Below, in pieces: positions 38,291 to 52,399 of a stretch of 64,000 nucleotides of DNA. This DNA comes from Mobula hypostoma (taxonomy: Eukaryota): positions 165,480,001 through 165,544,000 of the forward strand of contig NC_086097.1 in NCBI RefSeq assembly GCF_963921235.1, written 5' to 3'. A program made the translations under genes and the position numbers. The number at the start of each line of letters is the position of its first letter. Position 1 is the first letter of the stretch. The notes beneath the pieces are model-generated. The model was given only the letters and a program-made list of their open reading frames with translations. It was not told the origin of the DNA and searched no databases.

Positions 38291-39842
38291 CATTTGCAAG
38301 AAACTCTTTGCAATTTCCTTGTATCTTACATTAGTTATTCATAAAATGTAGTCTGATCTTCATCTAAGTCACAATAATAGACAAACACAATCTGCCTAAA
38401 TTAATAACATGCAAACAATTGTACTTCTCATGTCTTTATTGAACACATTGTTTAATCATTCACAGTCTAGGCACCCTTGTATTTAATAACTGGTAGAACC
38501 TCCTTTAGCAGCAATAACATCCACCAAATATTTCCTGTAGCTGCTGATCAGACTTGCAGAATGGCAAGGAGAAATTTTAGACCATTCCTCCATACAAAAC
38601 TGTTTCAGTTCATCAATATTTCTGGGATACCTTGCATGAACAGACCTCTTCAGGTCTTGCCACAGAATATCAATTGGGTTAAGGTCTGGACTCTGACTTG
38701 TTCATTTGAAAACATGAATTTTCTTTTTAAATCATTCTGTTGATTTACTCTTGTGTTTCAAATCACTGTCTTGTTGCGTCATCCAACTTCTGTTAAGCTT
38801 CTGGTGACGGACCACTACCCTGACAATCTCCTGTAAAATGCCTTGATACAATTTTGAATTCATTGTTCTCTCAATAATTGCAGGCTCTCCAGGCCCTGAG
38901 ACAGTAAAACAGCTCCAAACCATGACGCTCCTTTCACCATGCTTCACAGTTAGGATGAGGTTTTGGTGTTGATGTGCAAGGCCCTTTTCCTCCAAACATT
39001 GTGATGTGCCTTTCTACCAAAACGTTCAACTTTAGTCTCATGTGTGCACAAAACGTTGTCCTAGAAGCGTTGTGGAACAATTAAGTGGTCTTTTACAAAC
39101 TTGAGAGGTGCAGCAATTTTTTTGTGCAGAGCAGTGGTTTCCTCCATGATGTCCTTCCATGAACACCACTCTTGTTCAGTGTTTTTCTTCTGGTGGACAC
39201 ATGAATAAATTTTTGCATGTTCTAGAGATTTCTGCAAGTCTTTTGCTGTTACCCTTGGGTTCTTTTTCACCTCCTTCAGCATTGCATGTTTTGCTGTTGG
39301 TGTGATCTTTGCAGGATGCTCACTCCTAGGGAGAGTAGCAACAGTAATAAATTTCCTCTGTTTGTGGACATTTTCTCTTACTGTGGACTGATCACACCCA
39401 GGTCTTTAGAAATGTTTTTGTAGCCTTTTCCAGCTTCTACAATTCTTCTAAGGTCCTCTGAAAGTTGTTTTGATTCAGGCATAGTGCACCTAAACAGATC
39501 TTTCTTGAGAATAGTAGGCTGTCAGTAACCTGACTGTGTGTGTCTTTTTTATAGAGCAGGGCACTCTACAGCCCACACCTCCAATCTCATCTCATTGACT
39601 GGAACACCTGACTCCAAATCACTGTTGTAGAAGGCATTACCCCAGAGGTTCACATACTCTTTAGAACCTAATGGTGTACTTGGTATTGACGAGAGGATGT
39701 ACAATTGTTTGTGTGTTAGTAGTTTAGCAGATTGTGTTTGTCTACTATTGTGACTTAAATGAAGATCAGACCACATTTTATGAACAGTTAAAGCAGAAAA
39801 CCAGTTAATTGCAAAGGGTTCACAAACTTTGACTTGCAATTG
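38291..39842 (-). mobile_element. Tc1 transposon with long TIRs (family B), decayed
   Basis: ~200-bp inverted ends (gtctgatcttcatctaagtcacaataatagacaaacacaatctg). Transposase motifs VKKNPRVT, TVKHG..SVMVW.CF and QQD.D.KH. Confidence 0.9.
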
Positions 39843-40732
39843 TGCCTTGCCTTTTGACAAGACATTTACTTCTCCATCAATCTTCCTCTAAATTTTGTGC
39901 TCCAAGAACAAACCTTTGGCCCCACCACTTATTAACGAGGTTGAAATCTTCAATAGTCCCTCCATTGTGGTCTTGCAAATTTTGTGCTTCACTTGTTCCC
40001 CTTGGCATTATATTCCAGACACTAATTTGTTATGTATAAAAAAAGAAATCTTGTTTTCCTTTTGGTTCTTTGCTTATTATTTTCATTCTGTGTCATCTGC
40101 TTGTTTTTTTCTCTCCATATGTTATTTGCAGTTCCTTCATACTCTGGTTGTCTATTTATCCTATCTGAACACTCCCAAGTTTGTATGTCTCTGTCAACTC
40201 CTGGTTTTGGAGTTAGTCCAGGGATGTTATGGAGGACTCACATAAATTTATTTTCCTCGTTGCTTACAGCGATAAACTTCATTCCTAGGAGGACAGTACA
40301 GAATTACTTCTGATGGGTGAAATATTTATCAAATGTACCTTTCAAGTGACATGCTAGTGATAAAGTGCATAAATTAAAATACTTGATTATCTTTCATTGT
40401 AGAAGGAAAGTTCTTTAAAATTCATTTTTCTCAGAAGAGATATCAAATAGTTTTTGATAATGTTACCCAGTATCAAGACCTTTTTAGTCAGATGTTATAG
40501 TAATCACAGTTGACAACAACATCCCTTGTGCTTTTTCTGTAGATGAGTACTATTGGTTTTCCTTTAGATACTAATGTAAGGATATCCATTTGCCAAGTTA
40601 TCCAAGAATAATGTATGATTGTGGGGCTATATCTAAGAGGAAGACTTTATCATCGGGCATAGAGAAAGTTAGGAATTATAAATGCCTAAAGCATGTTGGG
40701 AATATGTACTAATTTCTGTCATATTTTTCTAG

Positions 40733-40894
40733 ATCAGCAATCGTGTATTGTACCTGTTTTTCACTCATGTAAAAGAGCTATTTGGAGAAATAGAGCTAAA
40801 ACCAGTTGTGAAACCACTCCGTTGGTCTAATGTGGCAACAATGCCAGTTTTACCTGAGACACAAGAAAGCATTAAGGAAGAAATTCGGCGGCAG
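40733..40894 (+). CDS. RALBP1: RALBP1 exon 5
   Basis: Acceptor tttttctag|, ISNRVLYLFFTHVKELFG...KPLRWSN...IKEEIRRQ, donor cag|gtatg. 162 nt, phase 0. Confidence 0.96.
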
Positions 40895-41484
40895 GTATGT
40901 TTGAGATCATTATATGAACTGAATAGACAATCAAAAGTCACATGAAAGTTGAATTAAAGTTTACCTGTTTAAAACAATGTTCTTCTCCATTAAAATACTT
41001 AACATTTACTTAAATTCTTTGCTTAGTATTTTGGAATTTTATTTAATTTGTTATAAGTGATGCATTCCGAAATGACATCAAAATATTTATTACAGTACTT
41101 AGCATATTCTGGAATAAGGAATTAAAAGTGAAAATGTTCCTAGGGTTGATGGAAATCTGTGTTGATCTGTGCCAGTGCAGTGGAAATTGCTGAATTGGAC
41201 TTCAATGTTTTCTGAATAAAGAGAAAAATATTGTGGGAGTTCCAAATCAGTATTTTGAGATTGCAGTTGGAACATAGTTTTATATAGTTCTTTCAGATTA
41301 AAGCAGGTGCATATTATTTAAATAATTTATCTACCGAAGGAAGTAGTGAAATTAATACAGTAAATACCAGAGCAAAGTTGTACAACACAGCAGCAGATCA
41401 GCTGGTAGGAAGAGCTCATGGAAGTTATAGAGAAACTAGGATGACTTGAGGGCTACCTGCCTATAAAACAGTCATAATTCATTC

Positions 41485-42935
41485 GTAAGGCCAGAGATGT
41501 TGTGGGGATGGAACTGGACTCTCTCACGGTGGTGTCTGAAAAGAGGATGCTGTCCAAGTTGCATGCCATCTTGGACAGTGTCTCCCATCCACTACATAAT
41601 GCACTGGGTGGGCACAGGAGTACATTCAGCTAGAGACTCATTCCTCCGAGATGCAACACAGAGCATCATAGGAAGTCATTCCTGCCTGTGGCCATCAAAC
41701 TTTACAACTCCTCCCTTGGAGGGTCAGACACCCTGAGCCAATAGGCTGGTCCTGGACTTATTTCCTGGCATAATTTACATATTACTATTTAACTATTTAT
41801 GGTTTCATTACTATTTAATTATTTATGGTGCAACTGTAACGAAAACCAATTTCCCCCGGGATCAATAAAGTATGACTATGACATACTTAATTTACATACA
41901 TTCAGATTAATAAAATTACAGTTCAGCAAAGATAACTTAAGCTGCTCAAACTATCTGAAATACCGAAATCCGAATCAGATTTATTATACATGTTGTGAAA
42001 TTAGTTTAGTTTTTTTTGTGACAGTACAGTGTAATACATTGTAGTTGCTATATATATAGTGCATAAAGGTAGCAAAATAGTAAGGTAGTGTTCATGGACC
42101 ATTCAGAAATCTGATGGCAGAGGGGAAGGAGCTGTCCCTGAAATGTGTCTTCAGACTCTTGTACTTCCTTCCTGATGGTGGTAATGAGAAGAGGGGGTGT
42201 CCTGCTGGATGGTGAGGGTTCTTAATGATGGATGCTGCCTTCTTGAAGCACTGCCTATTGAAAACGTCCTTGATGGTAGGGAGCCAAGTGCCCATGTTGG
42301 AGCTGGCTGAGTTTACAACCCCCTGTAGCTTTTTCCAGTCATGTGCATTAACACCTCCAGATGGTGATGGAACCAGTCAGAATGCTCTCCACAGTACATC
42401 TGTAAAAAATTCACTAGTGACATAATTCTTTGGTGACATAATAAATCTCCTCAAACTCTTAATAAAATATAGCTGCTGGTATGTTTTCTTCATAATTGCA
42501 ACAATATGTTGTTCCCAGGATAGACATTCAGAGATGTTGACACCTAGGAACTTGAAGCTGCACATCCTTTCCACTGCTGCCCGCATTGCTACAATACAAT
42601 AGTTAGTGTACTTAAAAGGCATAAGTGCTGCTTTTGTTATTAATTGCTTTGGTAATGATAAGTGGTAAACTTTGTGCACCCAATGTAATTGGTTGTCTGC
42701 AATAAACAATGATAATATAAATGGTGCAGTGTGAAGTTTCAACATGTTGCTCTCAGTTGCAAAATCAACTTTTATTGTTATATTCAGTAAGGGTCCACAA
42801 ACTCATGAACACTACCTCACTACTCTGTTTTTGCTCTATTTATTGTAACTTTTTTATGTCTTAAACTGTACTGCTCCTGCAAAACATCAAATTTAACAGC
42901 ATACATCATTGATGATAAATCTGATTTTGATTCTG
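41485..42935. mobile_element. Cluster of Rex1-type LINE 3' fragments (both strands)
   Basis: 41485-41880 on + ends ccccgggatcaataaagtatgactatgac. 41970-42580 on - encodes FKFLGVNIS and KKAASIIK.PHHP. Confidence 0.7.
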
Positions 42936-43502
42936 AAATAATAGGCAGGATTCTTTGTTTCTGCTTTGCTAATGCTGTTTGTACTGCAAATGTGCCAAGC
43001 AGTCAATTTCAGCAAAACATTTTGGTGACTGTCACTAGTTGGGCTTAGTGACGATCTTATTTCCCTTTTTCATTTTGTTCCCATTATATTTCTTGCTTTC
43101 TTTTAAGTTCTGGGTTTATAGAGTTTAGGACAAGGACTGTTAGGATGGGAAACAGCTTCTTTCCCTAGGCTGTGAGACTACTGCACCTCTTGCCACTGCC
43201 ATGGTTTCGTCATGTATGAAGCGACTGTAGCGTTGTACTGCTTTCCTTTTAACTTGCGTCATAATGCACCTTGTGCTAAATGTTCATCTTCTGGAATATA
43301 TTTTATTATCTGTTAATATTATTTGTTAATTAATTCATTGTGATATTACTTGATATATTGTGTGAGTTATTTATTGTTTTATGCACCTTGTTTGGGAGGA
43401 ATTTTGTTTCATTTGGTGGTATACATGTATACAATTGAATGACAATAAATTTGACTTGAACTAAGGAAGTGCATACTCCAATTTCTCTACTTACTAGATA
43501 TA

Positions 43503-44979
43503 CAGTGCCTATAAAAAATATTCACTCCCCTTGGAAGTTTTCATGTTTTATTGTTTTACAACATTGAATCACAGTGGATTTAATCTGGCTTTTTTGACAC
43601 TGATCAATAAAAAAAACTCGTTAAACCTGAACAAATTTCTACAAATTGGTCTAAATTAATTACAATTGTTAAACACAACATAATTGATTGCATAATTACT
43701 CACCCCCTTCAAGTCAGTATTTAGTAGATACACCTTTGGCAGCAATTACAGTCTTGAGTCTGTGTGGATAGGTCTCTATCAGCTTTGCACATCTGGATAC
43801 TGCAACATTTCCCCATTCTTTACAAAACTGCTCAAATCTCTCAAATTGCATGGGATTGTGAGTGAACACCCCCTTTCAAGTCCAGCCACAAATTCTCAAT
43901 TGGGTTGGGGTCTGGACTCAGACTTGGCCACTCTAGAACATTAACTTTGCTGATCTTAAGAGTTTCCTGTATAGCTTTGGCCTTATGCTTGGGGTCATTG
44001 TCTTGCTGGAAAACATATCTTCTCCCAAGTTGTAGTTCTCTTGCAGACCGCATCAGCTTTTCCTCCAGGATTTCCCTATATTTTACTGCATTGATTTTAC
44101 CCTCTACCTTCACAAGCCTTCCAGGCAGGGCCTGTTGCAGTGAAGCTAACTTCAGAGTCTCCCACGTGCCTTCTGGCAAACACTAGCTGAGTTTCATGTG
44201 AGGTTTTTTCTAACAGTGGCTTTCTCTTTGTCACTCTCCCATAAAGCTATGACTGGTAAAGCACCTAGTCAACAGTTGTTGTATGCATAGTCTCTCTCAT
44301 CACAGCCACTGAAGCTTAAAACTCCTCCAGAGTTGTCATAGGTCTCTTGAATGCCTCCTTCACTAGTCCCCTTCTTGCATACTTACTCAGTTTTTGAGGA
44401 TGGCCTGCTGTAGGTAGATTTACAGCTGTGCCATTTTTTTTCAATTTCTTGATGATTGACTTAACTGCACTCGAAGGGATATTCAGTGACTTGGAAATTT
44501 TCTTGTATCCATCTCCTGACTTGTGCTTTTCAATAATCTTTTTGCAGAGTTGCTTGGAGTGTCCATTTGTTTTCATGGTGTAGTTTTTGCCAGGGTACTG
44601 ACTCACCAGCAGGTGGGCCTTTCAGATACAGGTTTATTTTTATTACAATCAAATTTATTATAATCAATTGAAACACCTTGACCACACACAGGTCTCCAAA
44701 AACAGATCTCCATTTAACTAATTATGTGACTTCTGAAACCAGCTGGCTGCACCAGTGATGATTTGGTGTGTCATATTAAAAGTGGCGAATACTTATGCAA
44801 TCAATTTTGTGTTTTATATTTGTAACTAATTTAGATCACTTTGTTGAGATCTGTTTTCACTTTGACACAAAAGTCTTTTTCTGTTGATCAGTGTCCAAAA
44901 AAAGCCAAATTAAATCCACTGTGATTCAGTGCTGTAAAACGATAAAGTATGAAAATGTGAATACTTTCCCTAGGCACTC
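43503..44979 (-). mobile_element. Tc1 transposon (family A), decayed
   Basis: ta-cagtgcctataaaa TIR. Transposase motifs MKTNGHSKQ..GYKKISK, FQQDNDPKH and EWPS.SPD.NPIENLW. Confidence 0.93.
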
Positions 44980-46733
44980 TACAGCTTTATTGTTGAAGTT
45001 AAGAATCCAGAAAGTAGCATTGCTGAATTTTCCAATGTTCAGCTTAAGATTGAATTGGGCAGAGGTATGGGAGCCAGTATCTAGAGGGAAAGAGATTAGA
45101 ATATTTTAAAAAATTCATTGAGTATCACAGTGGTGATAGAAAGTTTGTGAACTCTAGAATTCTCTCTAATTAGGCGTAAGTATGGCCTAAACTGGTCCTG
45201 GGCATGACTCTAAACTGCAACAGAGGATGAGGCTCTGATTGGGGGCTTTCAGAGCTTTGGGGAAAGTGGAGTTACCCCTTGGTCATTCATTGTTCCCAGG
45301 GCCACTTTGACCCGGAATGGTAGCACCTACCAGGGTTCCTGCTCAAGATACGAGCGAAGGCCAATGACAGATCTGGCAGGTTCAGTAACTGAACTTATGA
45401 CGGAGAAGCCGGATGAGCTAGGACCTCAAATGTCAACGGCTAGTACAGGTGGATGAACATTTGGGAAGAGAAATGGCGATTTCTTTAGTTCGCCCAATGG
45501 TAGGCAATAGCAAAGCACTGTTGCTAGATACTAGGTTTCCTAGAATCTATTTGCTAAGAAAGCCATGGTCAAACTCACAAAATGTATCACACAACAACAG
45601 CTTCAAGAGGATCTTCAAGACAATTCTGAAGATGCTTCGCTCGGTGGGGTTGATTCTGGTCAGCAGGGAATTCCCAACCGTCATCAAGCTACTGCTCATA
45701 AAATTCAAGTAACACAAAAGAAAATTATTGCCACTTGGAATGCAAGAACCCTATATCAAGCAGGAAGATTGGACAATGTGATAAATGAAATGGAAAGACT
45801 AAAGATTAACATCATGGGAATTAGCGAAGTTCGTGGGATAAGTGCTAGAACATGTCAGAATAGAAATAAAATACTAATTTATTCTTGTGGAACATCCCAT
45901 ACTAATGGAGTAGGAATTCTTATGGATGAAAACATGGCAAAAAGTGCTTTAGGACATTGGGCAATATCAGAAAGAGTGCTCCTTCTTAGATTCAAAGGAC
46001 AACCATTTCATTTAGCAATTATACAGGTATATGCACCAACAACAGATGGAACAAATGAGGATATAGATAAATTCTATGAAGAGCTTGAACAAGCAAAGAA
46101 TGGATGCAAATCTCAAGATATTGTTATTGTCATGAGAGATCTAAATGCTAAAGTAGGACAAGGTGCTGATGGAAATACCATAGGAAAATTTGGACTACGG
46201 GAAAGAAATGAAAGAGGTGATAAATGGGTAGAATGGTGCAAGATGAATAATCAGGTCATTATGAATACCTACTTTAAAAACCATCCAAGGCACTTGTGGA
46301 CCTGGAAAAGTCCAGGTGATAACACTAGAAATCAAATTGACTTTATTACTATAAACCAAAGATTTAGAAACTCAGTGACTCAATGCAAAACATATCCAGG
46401 TGCAGACTGTAATAGTGACCATAACCCAGTAGTATGTCATGTAAAAGTAAAACTTAAAAAAACTAAAGGAGCAAAGACCTGAACAATCCCTTGACTACTT
46501 ACAATTAATTAAAGAAGAAAACTTAAGACAAAAATTTACTATTGAAGTAAGGAATAGATTTCAAAGTCTAGAAATATAATCTGTTGAAGATGATAGCAAT
46601 CATGTAGAAATGAAATTTAACTCTCTAAAGGATACCTTGGTAGAATCAGCAAAGTCACTGGTTCCTAAAAAGAGAAAAAGCACAAAAAATAAATGGATGA
46701 CAGATGAAATCAAAAATCTAATGGAAGAAAGGA

Positions 46734-47386
46734 TTAGATTAGATTATGAGAACACTCAGTCCTCTTTTATTGTCATTTAGAAATGCATACATGCATTAAG
46801 AAATGATACAATGTTTCTCCGGAGTGATATCACAGAAAACAGGACCGACCAAAGACTAACACTACAGAACCACATAATTATATAGTTACAGCAGTGCAAA
46901 GCAATACCGTAATTTGATGAAGAACAAACCATGGGCACGGTAAAAATAGTCTCAAAGTCCCCGAGCCGATCGACTCCCGAGTTCCCGATAGCAGGCGGCA
47001 AAAGGGAGAAACTCCCTGCGATAAACCTCCAGGCACCATCAACTTGCTGATGCCTTGGAAGCAGCCAACACTGAGTCTGTCTGTCCGAAAACTTCGAGCC
47101 TCCGACCAGCCCCACCGATACAGCCTCCTGAGCGCCATCCTCTGCCGAGCGCCTTTGACCTCGCCCCAGCCGCTGAAACACACAAAGCCGAGGATTCGGG
47201 GCCTTCTGCTCCGGAGATTCCGGTTAACCACACAGTAGCGGGCATTTCAGAACTTTTCCAGATGTTCCTCCGTACTCTCACGTCCGTCTCCATCAAATCA
47301 GAATTGTGCACGGTCCCCTACTTGACAGATTACAGATATCATTCATTCACCAGAGAGGCCCTGCCATCGCGCCACCATCTTCTCCT
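46734..47386 (-). mobile_element. CpG-rich non-autonomous retroelement inserted in RTE
   Basis: 5' end aggagaagatggtggcgcg, 3' aataaa plus (tctaa)n tail, flanked by aaagga at 46728-46733 and 47387-47392. Confidence 0.8.
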
Positions 47387-49068
47387 AAAGGAGATGGAAG
47401 AAAGCAAATCCTATAGAATGTAAGTCCTTGGATAAAAAAGTTAGAAGCTTATGTCAGAAAGTCTAAGAAGAATGGTTAAACCAGGAATGTGAGCAAATAG
47501 AAAGAATCCCTATGACTGATCCAAAAAGGTTACATCAACAAATCAAGAATATCACTGGTAAAAAGCTCCTCTGTTCTTCAGGTGGATGTTTGAAAGCAAA
47601 GGAAGGTATCATTATCATGGAAAAAGATGAGTTTATGAACAGATGGACTGAGTATATTCAGGAATTGTTTGAAGACGATTGAGGCGAGAAACCAGAAATT
47701 AAGAAAAATATTGAAGGTCCAAGTATTTTAAAATCTGAAGTTCGTAATGCAATAAATAAGATGAAGAAAGGAAGGGCAGTCGGTCCTGATGAATTAGTAA
47801 TAGAACAAATTATCGCCCTTGAAGATTATGGAATTGAAAAACTTACTGATTTAATCAATGATATTTATGAGACTGGATTAATACCAGAAGAGATGAAAAA
47901 ATCAGTATTTATCACTCTTCCTAAGAAACCTGGAGCAATAGAATGTGAATTACATAGGACCATAAGTTTAATGAGTCATATCACCAAGATACTTCGCAGA
48001 ATTTTGATGACAAAGAGCTAAAAGTAAGATACAAGCTGGAATAGGTAAAGAACAATGTGGTTTTGTGAAAGACAAAGGTACAAGAAACGCAATATTGATG
48101 TTAAGGATACTATCAGAACGAGTTACTCAAGTGCAAAAAGATTTGTTTGTTTTATTGATTACACAAAAGCATTTGATAAAGTGAAGCGCAATAAGTTGTT
48201 TGAAATATTACAGAAAACTCTAGATCTAGATTCGAAAGACCTCCACCTAATCAGAAATATGTACTGGGAACAAACTGCCGCTGTAAGAATAGATGGAGAA
48301 GTGAGTCAGTTTACGAAAATCAAGAGAGGCGTTAGACAAGAGTGTGTTTTCTCCCCTGATTTATTTAATGTGTACAGTGAAACAATATTACAAAAAATAA
48401 GAGGCATCTTGGGAATCAAAGTTGGCGGTGAAAGCATCAATAATTTCAGATATGCAGATGACACTGTACGGAGGAAGAACTACAAAACTTAATTGATATA
48501 GTTGTTGAAGAAAGTGCAAAAGTGGGTCTATCTATCAATAACAAAAAGACAATGTATAGTGATATCCAAAAAGAAGGAGAATCCTATCTGCAGGCTGAGA
48601 ATAAACGGGAAAGACATAAAACAAGTACAGAACTTTTGCTGCTTAGCAAAAGCCGCGTGAGATCAGATGGCAGGTGCGACATGGACATCAAAAGAAGAAT
48701 AGGGATGGCAAAAGACACCTTTACGAGAATGAAGAGTATACTGACCAATACTAAACTAGGCATGACAACCCGCGTCAGAGTACTGAAATGTTACGTTTAT
48801 CTAGTTATGTTATATGGCTGAGAATGTTGGACAATATCTAGTAACATGAGGAAATGAATTAAAGCAGCAGAGATGTGGTTTTTGAGGAGGATGCAAAGAA
48901 TATCATTGACGAAATGAATATCTAACGAGGATGTCATGAACAGAGCAAACACAAAAAGAGAAATAATGTATGAGATCATGAAAAGGCAACGTAACTTCAT
49001 TGGATATGTGATTAGGAAAGAGGAGTTAGAATGCACGATAATTATGGGAGTGATTAAAGGGAAGAAAG

Positions 49069-49893
49069 TGTGACAAAAGACAAAGTTATCAGAAGATTGA
49101 TGCCGATGAGAGAGATAAGAGAGACAATGGGGAAACATTCAGAAATGTTAGTGAGAGACGAGAGAGATTAACGAAAAGAGACACAGTTCTGAGTATTGTC
49201 AGACCGGTTGCTTTGAACCTGAACTGTTTGAAGTTTGATGGACAGGCGATACCCCAGCAGGGGGATAAAAGGAACAGGTTCGCTAAGGCAAGACACACCA
49301 CGAGATAACGAGACCCTGGAAGTGCGGTGTGCCCCCCCCCCCCCCACAAGTTGGTGGGAGTTTTGGAGGTCTGGTCGCGGGACCGACCATAGACGCACAG
49401 GGTGAAAAGGTACGATCGGCGGGAACCTGGTGTGTGTGTCTGCCCTTGCCTGGGTGCCGGGTTCACTGTGGAAGAACGGTCATATCCAGAACGGAGGAGT
49501 CACAGTCGGTGACCTCGGAAGACAATAAAGGGTTCACCCGAAAGCTGACTGCGAAGAACAAAGGTCTGTCTGAATCAGATTTGCATATTATCTCTCTCTC
49601 TCCAACGGCACAACAGCGATTACTGCGAACTGTACTAAGCTGCACTGAGCTCTGCGTCACTTGAGACTGATCATTTTACTCCTAGGCTGCGATAGAGCTT
49701 GATTGATTCCTATTATCCTAGTTCTGTGTACATGTGTGTTTTATCATTGCTAACCTGTTGCATTTATATCCTTACTATTAGAATGCTGTGTTGCTCATTT
49801 CTTTAATAAAACTTTATTAGTTTCTGTTAACCAGACTCCAACTAAGTGGTCCATTTCTGCTGGTTTGGCAACCCAGTTACAGGGTACGTAACA
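49069..49893 (+). mobile_element. Solo LTR inserted in RTE
   Basis: tgtgac...gtaaca termini, TATA-like gataaaa at ~49264, aataaa at ~49805, near-TSD aaag/taag. RTE sequence resumes after it. Confidence 0.8.
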
Positions 49894-50692
49894 TAAGCAA
49901 GAGGAAGACAAAGAGAAATGATGATGGAGACAGCAGCCAGAGAACTGGAAATGAATACCAATGAATTGATCCACTTGACCTGAAACAGGAGTGCATGGGC
50001 CATGACAGTCAAAACTCAAACTGGGCACGGCACCTGATGATGATGATGGCCTAAACTGTGAGTTCTTGACATACTCTTAAAAACTAGATAAAGAGAACAC
50101 AATGAAATAAATAACACAAAACATTATATTTGTTCATTTATTTATTGAGAAAAATGACCCAATATTACATGAATTTGTTGGAAAAAGTATGTGAACCTCT
50201 GGGGTAATGCCTTCTACAAAAGCTATCCACAGAGCCTGTTCTTCTCAGGAAAGTTATGTTTATGTGCATCATGCCTCGATTAAAACGACTTTCAGAGGAC
50301 CTTAGAAGAAGAATTGTAGAGATGCATGGAGCTGGAAAAATCTAAAGAAGCATTTCTAAAGACCTGAGTGTTCATCAATCCACAGAAAGAGTCATTACTG
50401 TATAAGGGGTCACACAAGTTACTGAAAGCAATGATCCTTATGCTTTTTCCAACAAATACATGTAATATGCAATCATTTTTCTCAATATTTAACAAATGAA
50501 CAAGTGTAATGTTTTTTGTGTTATTTAATTGGGATCTCTTATCTAGTTTTAGGACTTATGTGAAGAATTGATCACATTTTAGGTCATATTTATATCAAAA
50601 TACACCTCTACAGGATTCACAAACTTCGCAGCACCACTGTAGTCTTTTCCACCAAAGGGAATCACAACTTTTGACCAGGCAGTGTGTATGTA

Positions 50693-50741
50693 AACACGAG
50701 GAATTCTGCAGATGCTGGAAATTCAAGCAACACACATCAAT
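50693..50741 (-). mobile_element. 49-bp PLE 3' terminus
   Basis: Reverse complement of the tail at 12772-12820. TSD gtgtgtatgta at 50682-50692 and 50742-50752. Confidence 0.85.
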
Positions 50742-51006
50742 GTGTGTATGTAGCTGTATAACAAATGATTGGCATTTAAGATGAATTGCTTTCATAAATT
50801 TCCTGAATGTAGATTTGTTTTTGAGTGGCAATTTATTTTAACTTTATTTTTTGATTTCTCTTTAATTCAAGGAAAAAAACGGTTATTGCCATGGTTTTGA
50901 TATCCACATCCCTGTGGGATTGGTTTTCAGTGACTAAGATACATGAGCCAGAATGCTTGTTTCACTTGAGTAATCATCGTTTAGCCCAGGTTGAAGCATT
51001 TGAAAC

Positions 51007-51080
51007 AGGGGTTCCCAACCTTTTATATACCATGAAACCCTACCATTAACCAAGGGATTTGTGGACCCCAGGTTTCCTCT
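51007..51080. mobile_element. Short hAT/Charlie-like MITE (related copy ~29199-29272)
   Basis: caggggttcccaacc...ccattaaccaaggg...gtggaccccaggtt. Confidence 0.55.
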
Positions 51081-51097
51081 GATTTAGAGGAAACTAA

Positions 51098-51409
<312 letters not shown>

Positions 51410-52399
51410 TAATGTTTTAGATCAAGTCAGAAGGTTTCATGCTTTTAGCTTAAGATGGTGTTCCTGTACATTTTCATGTAGGTTATGCTACTGATAAGAA
51501 TATTCCTTCAGTATTCCAATTTAGAATTCAATCCCTAATGAGAGACCAGCAACAACTTAAAAAAAGGCTATGTGCATTGAAAAAGACATTCAAGAGAGTT
51601 TTAAATTCAAAATTATGAACAAGCAAACATGATCTTTATTATGTGTATATGGGCATTGCTGCAACGTGGAAAGAGTCACAACTGAAAGGTAGATTACTTG
51701 TTACACTTAAGCGGCTTGCTATGCTACTCACAGTTACATCAAATGGAGTGCTCTGGAACTGCACCGACATAAAAGCCACTCGGAATAAAATGGCAGATTT
51801 TCTTTCCAGGTTTCTAGTTGAACTGGTGAAATTTTAGAATAATCAGCCACTAGCTTTTTATTCAAATGATTTAATTAATTGAGATTCCCTGTTTGATGTA
51901 CATAATGTCTCTAGTTATTATTTCAGTTTTCTATATTGCTAACTAATAATCTATCAGTAATTTTGTATCCCAGCTACTATTATTTCTCCTGTAAGCTTAA
52001 AGCACTTTTACTAGAAATTTTATGCAAATATAACAGATGGCATAACTGTATAAAATTGCATACTATTTTGTATGGCATTAGAATTCTGTCATCTCTGACT
52101 TTTTTCTTCTTTCTCCATATGTAATTTTACCACATTAGTTCTGTTATTGGTACTGATGCTTCAGCTGGCAGGGAAGGGTAGTAGCAGAATTCTGCTTTTG
52201 CACCTGTCATCCAACTGCTCCAGATTGTGTTGTGTCTCATTCACTGCCACCTCCCCCAACCATCCAGCCTTTAAAATTAACAGATGGAGCTGATTGTCAA
52301 ATCAGGCTTTAATCCTAGATTTGATACAATAGAAATAGATTACTATATTCTAACTTTTTATTAGCAGGAAACATTGAAACTCTCGAATGTTGAACTTAT

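Larger units (their letters stand above)
45195..50045 (+). mobile_element. RTE (BovB-like) LINE, near full length
   Basis: IATWNARTL, GISEVR, GVGIL, IQVYAPT, DLNAKVG, NQIDFI, SDH, HRTISLMSH, FIDYTKAFDKV and YADDT. (tga)n tail and TSD atggcctaaactg at 45182-45194 and 50046-50058. Confidence 0.94.
45128..50639 (+). mobile_element. Deleted Tc1 element whose left TIR is split by an RTE LINE
   Basis: cagtggtgatagaaagtttgtgaac (45128) pairs with ttcacaaacttcgcagcaccactg-ta (50639). MPRLKRLSEDLRRRIVEMH at ~50271. Confidence 0.8.
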
